Shown one piece after another: positions 49,522 through 56,183 of a stretch of 56,183 nt of DNA (positions are counted from its first letter, which is position 1; each line of letters begins with the position of its first letter). The position numbers and the translations under genes are program-made. This DNA comes from Candidatus Heimdallarchaeota archaeon. GTDB taxonomy: Archaea; Asgardarchaeota; Heimdallarchaeia; JABLTI01. The notes below the pieces were generated by a model. The model searched no databases, had not been told where the DNA came from, and saw only the letters and a list, made by a program, of their open reading frames with translations. The stretch is taken from assembly GCA_019056785.1 (NCBI GenBank), contig DXJV01000061.1, forward strand, positions 1 to 56,183. The letters are read 5' to 3'.

Positions 49522-50943
49522 TTAGAGAAAATCAACCGTTTTCTCTGTCCCTTTATCAGGACCATAGATTCGTTCGTGAGCCCAGGTAAAGGGGCGGGTC
49601 TTTTTTGCCATTTCTTCTAAGAACCAATCCATGATTTTTGCGCTGACATTTTCACCATAAATTTTCGGAGCAGTTCTCATTTGAGAAATCAGTTCCTTAT
49701 CATTTCGAATGTGTTCTACAAGCAAGGCGATATTTTCTGCAGAAGCCGGAGGAACAAGAACATTGGAATGCGCTTCCGAAATTGATTCAGGGCGGTCTGT
49801 GTTAAACCGGAGCGTTAAACAAAGGACTTCCTGAATCTCATTTAGCTCCTCTTGTATGCTGCCTGAATCTGTCAATTCAGCAAAACAGCGTCCGCTCTTC
49901 CAGAATTCAATAACTTGTCCATATTCCCGCCAAAGGGGAGTGAACAGGAAATTGGGATATTTTTCATTGGCTTGCAAGACTTTCTTCCGGAGGTTGAAAA
50001 AATCCAGCGCTTGCCGAGTCGCGGTTAATTCACACCAAGTAATAGGAACGCCTTTCTTCACAAGAGAAAGAACGCCTTGAACTATTGCTTTAAACCTTCT
50101 TTCAGTTAAATTGCCACGGCGATGGACATCAACGCGGATCCAATCGTCATATTCTTCGAGTTGTGGAAAATCAGTGAAAACAGATTCCTTTGGTTTGGGG
50201 ACCAGTTTTATAGCATCCACAACTGAGTTCCCGACAACTCTGATTGATTCATCGGGATAGCCCTCTCGCAAGAGATTTTGGCGGTTAATTTCACATGCTG
50301 CCAAAAGATAATTTGCTCCAGCACCTGAGACAAAAGTATCCCACTGTTCAGGCCAGGGCTCTGCTCGGTTAAGTTCCCACTTTCCTTTCCATTGTTCTCG
50401 AACAAACGCAGAAGGGTCGGAAATACGTTCTTTAAAGAGATTTATATCGTGAAACGAAACAGGGTTCATCCCACGGATACCTGCCTCGTTTTGAGCAACA
50501 CCTGAACGAATAGATAAAAACCATGCTGCGGAGACTATCGCAGCAGTTAAAGTATCGCCGTGGGGGATGGGAACTATTGTTCTCTCAGGGAATTCTTTTT
50601 GGAACCACTTGGCAAGGGAGCCAATTTTATAAAAAATATCAGTCGCTTTTTGTAAGAGGTCACCTTTAATGCGGAGATCTATTAATGGTTTTAAATTAAA
50701 CTCCTTTATCCCGTAACCTAAGAGATCATCAAAGTGTTGTCCAGTAGTAGCACAGATAACAGGGACCCCTTTCTTGTTTGCCCAATAGATAAGAGGGGCT
50801 TGTTTGTAAAAGTCCGGTTTAGTCCCTACGACAACCATCAAGACCCATTTATCCTTATCTGAATTCTTGAAAATGGCACGAATTTCTTCTTCTTGGACAA
50901 TGGGGGGAGAAAAATCTTGTGGCGGATAAAAAGACTGTGGCAT
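49522..50943 (-). CDS. wecB: UDP-N-acetylglucosamine 2-epimerase family protein
   Basis: VGTKPD, TGQH, HGDT, EAGIR, PEQ, VGNSVVD, HRR, TDSGSIQEE, RFNTDRPE. Confidence 0.85.
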   Translation of the reverse strand: MPQSFYPPQDFSPPIVQEEEIRAIFKNSDKDKWVLMVVVGTKPDFYKQAPLIYWANKKGVPVICATTGQHFDDLLGYGIKEFNLKPLIDLRIKGDLLQKATDIFYKIGSLAKWFQKEFPERTIVPIPHGDTLTAAIVSAAWFLSIRSGVAQNEAGIRGMNPVSFHDINLFKERISDPSAFVREQWKGKWELNRAEPWPEQWDTFVSGAGANYLLAACEINRQNLLREGYPDESIRVVGNSVVDAIKLVPKPKESVFTDFPQLEEYDDWIRVDVHRRGNLTERRFKAIVQGVLSLVKKGVPITWCELTATRQALDFFNLRKKVLQANEKYPNFLFTPLWREYGQVIEFWKSGRCFAELTDSGSIQEELNEIQEVLCLTLRFNTDRPESISEAHSNVLVPPASAENIALLVEHIRNDKELISQMRTAPKIYGENVSAKIMDWFLEEMAKKTRPFTWAHERIYGPDKGTEKTVDFL

Positions 50944-51045
50944 TTAACCTATCACCCTAACTAACTATTTGAAAGTAAGGTATTTACTTTACTTAACTAA
51001 TTAAATCTTTTTAAGAATTGCAAAAGTTATTCGGTGAGAAAATTA

Positions 51046-52029
51046 TTATAGGATGCTTTTTTTAAGCAGTTCAAGATTTATTCCTCCCAAAGTAAAAAGA
51101 CTACCGGTCGTAGTGTTATTCACGACAATTTTTGCAGGGGCAAACAAACCAGGATCGATTTTATAAAAGTCACCGCCGACGCTCTGTAAAATCTCAAAAA
51201 AGGGTCTGCCATATTCACTCGAGTGAGAAGAAACGGCTTTTGAAAGAAATGCTTTTAGTTTTGTATCATCATTATAAGCCACTTGAAGAAAGACTTCTGC
51301 TCCATAGGTTAACATGTCATTGGTTCGCCCCATCATTTGCTGAGCATTTTTGTTTATAAGCGGAGCGATAGGGCAAACACCCATTGCTGATTTAACAGTC
51401 AGAATATCCATACCTTGATGGAAAAGCTGATGAAGGGCAGTTTCAATTGAACGCCCGGCAATTTGAATGGCACCAGCCATGCTCGTAGTGGGGGCAAGAA
51501 GAACACAAAGATTGTCAAGAGGGACATTGCATTTTTGTGCCAGATACTCAAGAACGGCATCTGGTGGATAGGCATTAGCCTCAAGGACAATAACAGTTTC
51601 AGGATAATCATCTATAATGGGCAATTGTTCGTAGATGGTTTTGGGCTTTTTTGCTAAAATCCTCGCTGGCCCGCTACCAATTGCTTGATACCCCTCTTTC
51701 TTGATTGCCCAGCCTGCAAATTGTGAGCCAATCGTCGCAACTGCGGGGTGATCAGTCGAAACAAGAACCGCTGGTAAAGTTAGCTTATTCGAGTAGTTTT
51801 TCGTAGTTAAAGAAACTTCCGCAAGACCGCCCATACAAACCTGAATAGTGTATTCGCCGGCCAATAAGCCTCCAGGAGCATTTAGGCCAACATCAAGAAT
51901 GGTGGGACCAAGACGTGTTTCAACCATCTTTCCTTTTATAACCTCTTCCATCTCGAGCATTTCATCGAAAAGGTCCACGGCAGCCTCATTCATTGTTGAT
52001 CTAAAAGGGGCAATCTTTTCTGTCACCAT
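51046..52029 (-). CDS. mch: Methenyl-H4MPT cyclohydrolase
   Basis: CMGGL, SQFAGW, GSGPAR, VLE, QIAGRSIETALH, MGRTND, FYKIDPGLFAPA. Confidence 0.93.
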   Translation of the reverse strand: MVTEKIAPFRSTMNEAAVDLFDEMLEMEEVIKGKMVETRLGPTILDVGLNAPGGLLAGEYTIQVCMGGLAEVSLTTKNYSNKLTLPAVLVSTDHPAVATIGSQFAGWAIKKEGYQAIGSGPARILAKKPKTIYEQLPIIDDYPETVIVLEANAYPPDAVLEYLAQKCNVPLDNLCVLLAPTTSMAGAIQIAGRSIETALHQLFHQGMDILTVKSAMGVCPIAPLINKNAQQMMGRTNDMLTYGAEVFLQVAYNDDTKLKAFLSKAVSSHSSEYGRPFFEILQSVGGDFYKIDPGLFAPAKIVVNNTTTGSLFTLGGINLELLKKSIL

Positions 52030-52047
52030 TCTTCACCTTTTTTTTAA

Positions 52048-52956
52048 TTACTTGTTATCATCAGTCAAATCCTTTAAATTAATAGTTATTTTTCCAAGTT
52101 CACCGCCAAAATTGGAGCTGGTTATTTTCACGATAGCATTATTTTCACGGAGGGCACCTATTCCTGCTTTTAGCGCCTTTTTCAATTCATCTTCATTAAC
52201 AGCATTAATAACTATTTCATAAGCACACTGTACCTCAGATGGCAGAAGACTATCACTAATGTCCTTTTTTAAACCGGGACAAAAGTGATGATTGGTCGAT
52301 TCATTGAGAAATGAATATTTGGAGCCTATTTTAGAACCGGAACGACAAATGCCACTAGGAAAAGAAGTTATTGCTTGTACCTTTGAATCACAAATCGCTT
52401 TAACAGCAGTTTTTGCTGCCTGAAGGGTTGTCATTTGTTCTGTTCCAAGGAGTATAAGTAAACCCCCTGCAATACCTTTTGCAATATTAAAGGAGTCTTC
52501 TATAAGAAAGGAGCCGTCCATTACAGGTACTTCCCACAATTCGCGACCAAATTTAGTGATTTTCTTTTGAAAACCATCACCAAAATAAGCGATCAGTTTC
52601 CCCACCGGAACTGATTTCTCAGCGATTGGTGTGAAGTTAAAAATATTTGTTGTGGGGGTGGTCATGGCACATTGGGAAAGCCGCGAAAGAAGTTCATCCT
52701 TCATTTGTTTGCTATGACGGGTCCAAATTTGAATTACCACACCCGGGCGATTGTCTGGCGTTTCCTTCGCAGATACGAAGCGCTCTATACCTGCCTCTGC
52801 AGAGCACATAATAATACTTGTTGCAAATCCAATAGTCTCTTGTGCGGCAATTAACGCCATTTCTTCGTCGATAGCGGTAATTAAAATTCGAGAATACCAC
52901 ATTGTAAAGCATTCGGAATAAGTATCATCTATTATTGGTGGGACCATTTTTTTCAC
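52048..52956 (-). CDS. ftr: Formylmethanofuran:H4MPT formyltransferase
   Basis: IDDTYSECF, GFATSIIMCSAEAGIE, TPDNRPG, YFGDGF, PVMDG, SGSKIGSKY, YEIVIN, NFGGELG. Confidence 0.93.
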   Translation of the reverse strand: MKKMVPPIIDDTYSECFTMWYSRILITAIDEEMALIAAQETIGFATSIIMCSAEAGIERFVSAKETPDNRPGVVIQIWTRHSKQMKDELLSRLSQCAMTTPTTNIFNFTPIAEKSVPVGKLIAYFGDGFQKKITKFGRELWEVPVMDGSFLIEDSFNIAKGIAGGLLILLGTEQMTTLQAAKTAVKAICDSKVQAITSFPSGICRSGSKIGSKYSFLNESTNHHFCPGLKKDISDSLLPSEVQCAYEIVINAVNEDELKKALKAGIGALRENNAIVKITSSNFGGELGKITINLKDLTDDNK

Positions 52957-53387
52957 TCTCGGGATTTTTGCTGTTTATGAGCTAATAGATGCTCATTAAA
53001 AGCTTTCTGCCAACGCGCTTCAAGGATTATCGGGACAATACCCAACGTAGGGATGGTGAAAAAGAGAAAGAATAAAAGCGCTTTATAGCCTTCGGCACAA
53101 TTTATGCTACTTTGAATAGGCGAAGTAGCGATGTGTTCATGTAACAAATGATATTTTGTGTAATAAGAATAAAGAGGAAAAATAATTAAAAAAATAAACA
53201 ACGTCGTAGGATTGTTAAGAGTAGGATAAGAACGTGGCTCAAATTTAAATGCTAGCTGATAATGCTCATCTAAATCACGGTAAAGCCAGAATTGATAAAA
53301 CAAATTGTAAAAACCAAAAGTAAGAAAAGAAAGAAGCAACGCCCGGAAAAAATTCCGAACCGTACCAAAATCTGTTTTTTGAACCAT
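52953..53387 (-). CDS. Small membrane protein (DUF4234-like)
   Basis: LLLSFLTFGFYNLFYQFW pattern and several TM segments; overlaps the ftr start. Confidence 0.6.
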   Translation of the reverse strand: MVQKTDFGTVRNFFRALLLSFLTFGFYNLFYQFWLYRDLDEHYQLAFKFEPRSYPTLNNPTTLFIFLIIFPLYSYYTKYHLLHEHIATSPIQSSINCAEGYKALLFFLFFTIPTLGIVPIILEARWQKAFNEHLLAHKQQKSRE

Positions 53388-53448
53388 CTATATGTCAATC
53401 CTTAAAGTTATTTTCGTTCTGGTTTCTCCTTCTTTAATAAAGACCAAG

Positions 53449-54189
53449 TTACTTTAGCATCTCTGAGGTTTTCAAGCTTTTCCATGCTTGAGCTTCACCA
53501 CGCCTGATTCGCCGGTATTCTGGTAAGTGGCGGATGAGAAGAATTACCATCGAACCTAGGGCATAGAGTAGTATGAACTGCCAACCAAGCCCATCTGCAA
53601 AATATTCATGAGGCCAAAATGCCGCTGGCAGGCCAAAGGTGAAGGGATTTGGGGTTGGAACAAACAAATCAATAAGATACCAAAAAGGTGTGATAAAGGC
53701 CGCTGCCCAGACAGCACCTATGCCAGAGAATCCACTAATACGGATTAAGAGGAAAAGCATGATAACCCAAAAAAAGGCTGTTGGCCAGTAAAAATAAAAC
53801 AACAATCCAACATAAGTCCCCAAACCTTTACCTCCTTTGAATTTGAGGTAGGGCATCCAACAGTGACCGATAACCGCAAAGAATGCTGTGAGAATCACAT
53901 AATATTCGCGATGTACTGCTGCACCAAAGGGAGCAATAAGGTACTCGACTATTGCTGCAGCCACCATTCCCTTTACAACATCCACTGAAAAGGTGATTGC
54001 GCCCCAGGGCCATAACCCAGCTGCACGGATGGTGTTTCTCGTGCTCACAGAACCTGAGCCAAACTTCCGGGGATCGATATCGACAACTGATTTTGAAATG
54101 ATATAAGCAGTGGGGAAACTTCCAGCCAGTAAACCAATCAAAGGAGAAATGAAATAGGGCCAAATATCATTCGCAGTCAAATTAATCAC
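53449..54189 (-). CDS. plsY: PlsY-family glycerol-3-phosphate acyltransferase homologue
   Basis: GSFP, DPRKFGSG, DVVKG, GHCW...FKGGKG, IRH; multiple TMs. Confidence 0.85.
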   Translation of the reverse strand: MINLTANDIWPYFISPLIGLLAGSFPTAYIISKSVVDIDPRKFGSGSVSTRNTIRAAGLWPWGAITFSVDVVKGMVAAAIVEYLIAPFGAAVHREYYVILTAFFAVIGHCWMPYLKFKGGKGLGTYVGLLFYFYWPTAFFWVIMLFLLIRISGFSGIGAVWAAAFITPFWYLIDLFVPTPNPFTFGLPAAFWPHEYFADGLGWQFILLYALGSMVILLIRHLPEYRRIRRGEAQAWKSLKTSEMLK

Positions 54190-54273
54190 TAATGCGAATC
54201 TTACATTCCAATTTATAAAAAATTTGTTGTAAAAAAGAAGGAAAAGAGAAAGAAAAAGGGGAAATGACTAATG

Positions 54274-54975
54274 TTATAGCAGTATGATTTGTTCGTTGTC
54301 CTTGATTTTTAAGAGCCCACCAGTTTCTAACTTTTTAATGCGCTCCAATAAGGTATCCTTTGTAAGATGTAAAATAGTAGTGAGGTCGGATATGCCAAGT
54401 TCACCTCCACGGGAAGCCAAAGTCTGAATAATTCGTTGATCAATTCGTTGTGGGAGGAGTTCGTAAGAAATACTCCGGATGTGATTGCGAATATTCGAAT
54501 ATGTTGCTTCTGCTGCAGATTTGGCGATATTAATTTTATCTAATTCTTGCCCCAATTGTTTGAGCAGGTCGCTAAAAGCGGACAGTTTCTCTCGCGAGTT
54601 GGGTTCTTTAGAAAGTTTTTTACAAGTGCGGACAATTTCTGCAAGTTCGGGGAATTCTTTGGGAACGCTGATCTCGATTTTTGGGACATCAAACAATTCC
54701 ACATCAAACATTTCAGGCGAAATTTGTACTTCAACCCGAACTGCTCGAGCTATTTGATAGTATCGCCGCGGAGCGCCTTGCCCGGCTTCTCTAAAGTCTG
54801 ACTCGAGGAGCCCCGCCTCTTCTAATAACTGTAAATGGCGGAAAATTGCTTGTTGACCCAAATTAAGATAGTAGGATAATTGCGTTAGATACATTGGTTC
54901 TGCTGCAAGCATCTCCAAGATTTTCCTACGAGTTTCACTCTTTAATGCAAGAAAGATCTTGTCTGGGTCAGCCAT
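54274..54975 (-). CDS. ArsR-family HTH regulator (archaeal heat-shock regulator-like)
   Basis: LKSETRRKILEML..PMY, QQAIFRHLQLLEEAGL, GAPRRYY, coiled coil and a second wHTH; next to cdc48. Confidence 0.82.
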   Translation of the reverse strand: MADPDKIFLALKSETRRKILEMLAAEPMYLTQLSYYLNLGQQAIFRHLQLLEEAGLLESDFREAGQGAPRRYYQIARAVRVEVQISPEMFDVELFDVPKIEISVPKEFPELAEIVRTCKKLSKEPNSREKLSAFSDLLKQLGQELDKINIAKSAAEATYSNIRNHIRSISYELLPQRIDQRIIQTLASRGGELGISDLTTILHLTKDTLLERIKKLETGGLLKIKDNEQIILL

Positions 54976-55024
54976 TTTTTACATTCCTCCATTACAATTA
55001 CTTGTTAGTATAGGGAGAAGGAGA

Positions 55025-56183
55025 TTATAAGAATGATATTTCTCCTTCTTTAAATTTATTAGAGATACCCCGATATTTATTTAAATCGACAGATGAGATT
55101 TTATGGACTGTATCAAGTGCTTGCAAGAATTGCTTGTGAGTTACTTTGAATTCTTTGTTATTAATACGTTTCTTGACTTCTTCTGGGTCAGGGGATTTGC
55201 TAATAAATTCTCGCACAGCAAGCATGCCCGCTTCTTTGCAAATAGCGGCAATATCAGCACCTGTCAACCCTTCGGTTTTATCGGCAAGTTCAGATAATTT
55301 GACATCGCTAGCCAAGGGCATTTTTTGCGTGTGTATCTTGAAGATTTCCATCCGGGCTTTTTTGTTTGGTATATCGATTGCAATATAACGGTCCGTTCTT
55401 CCCGGACGCAGAATTGCCGGATCGATTATGTCAGGGCGGTTAGTAGCCATAATGACTACAACATTTTTTAATTTCCCTAAACCATCAATTTCAGTCAAGA
55501 GTTGGCTTACGACACGTTCAGTAACATTACTATCGTGTACTCCACCCCTTTTTGGCGTGATACTATCCACTTCATCCATAAAGACAATACAGGGGGCTGC
55601 TTGACGTGCCTTTCTGAAAATTTCTCTGATGGCTTTTTCGGATTCTCCAACCCATTTGCTCATCACTTCAGGGCCTTTGATACTAATGAAATTAGCTTCG
55701 CTTTCAGTAGCAACAGCCTTTGCCAGCAAAGTTTTCCCTGTTCCAGGAGGCCCATAAAGCAATATACCTTTGGGGGGTTCTATTCCGGCTTCATCAAAGA
55801 CTTCAGGATATTTCAAAGGCCATTCTACAGATTCTTTCAGCTGTTGAATGGCATCTTTTAAGCCACCAATTTGGTCCCATTTAACATCTGGACTTTCAAC
55901 AAAGACTTCGCGCATAGCCGAAGGTTCAACTGTTGCAAGAGCATTTTGAAAGTCGGCTTGTTTTACTTCGATTTCTTGTAAAATCTCAGGAGGAACAGTT
56001 TCTTCACTCCAATCAATTTTTGGCAAAATTCTTCGAAGGGCGCTCATTGCAGCCTCTTTTACCAGTGTTGCAAGATCAGCTCCAACGAAGCCGTGGGTAA
56101 CTTTAGCAATTTCATGCAAGTCAACATCTTCAGCCAATGGAACACCACGAGTATGAATTTGAAGAATGTCATATCGCCCTTGC
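55025..56183 (-). CDS. cdc48: Cdc48/p97 (VAT) AAA+ ATPase, C-terminal part; 5' end lies beyond the window
   Basis: [50 protein letters not shown]. Confidence 0.96.
   Translation of the reverse strand, partial: QGRYDILQIHTRGVPLAEDVDLHEIAKVTHGFVGADLATLVKEAAMSALRRILPKIDWSEETVPPEILQEIEVKQADFQNALATVEPSAMREVFVESPDVKWDQIGGLKDAIQQLKESVEWPLKYPEVFDEAGIEPPKGILLYGPPGTGKTLLAKAVATESEANFISIKGPEVMSKWVGESEKAIREIFRKARQAAPCIVFMDEVDSITPKRGGVHDSNVTERVVSQLLTEIDGLGKLKNVVVIMATNRPDIIDPAILRPGRTDRYIAIDIPNKKARMEIFKIHTQKMPLASDVKLSELADKTEGLTGADIAAICKEAGMLAVREFISKSPDPEEVKKRINNKEFKVTHKQFLQALDTVHKISSVDLNKYRGISNKFKEGEISFL

Noticed and set aside
1-56183. tRNA, rRNA, SRP or RNase P RNA genes
   Set aside because: No GC-rich structured intergenic segment or T-loop/anticodon-arm pattern seen by eye; a tRNAscan/Infernal run would be definitive

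Overview
A 56 kb, AT-rich, gene-dense archaeal chromosome segment. It is most likely from an Asgard archaeon: it combines archaeal informational genes (L37e, SmAP, aCPSF1, RadB, ABCE1, Cdc48) with a small-GTPase fusion, a steadiness-box-like proline-rich membrane protein, PlsY and a steroid 5-alpha-reductase homologue. The first 12.3 kb is one minus-strand run of 13 redox genes: korDABC, hdrA, mvhDGA, a hydrogenase protease, hdrCB and a soluble fumarate reductase pair whose flavoprotein runs off the left edge. Next come a perfect 6x18-bp tandem repeat, two eukaryote-like membrane/trafficking candidates, ribosome-biogenesis genes, two MgtE/SLC41-type transporters with a PhoU/TrkA-C partner, and an orphan DNA methyltransferase. 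These are followed by a double-length UvrA, a stand-alone NrdD glycyl-radical mini-protein, a MobA-HD-zinc finger fusion, RNA-metabolism genes, histidine catabolism (ftcD, hutI, hutU), nadE, radB, ABCE1, wecB, mch-ftr, plsY, an ArsR regulator and a partial cdc48. I found no rRNA, tRNA, CRISPR array or transposase. The leading candidates for something new are: the TM/steadiness-box/polyproline/terminal-helix protein beside a GTPase fusion; an attenuator-like leader (Pro-Pro uORF plus hairpins) before mgtE; a large structured leader before the termination nuclease aCPSF1; the MobA-HD fusion; and the Kor-Mvh-Hdr-Tfr redox module. All assignments come from motif recognition by eye; no searches were run.
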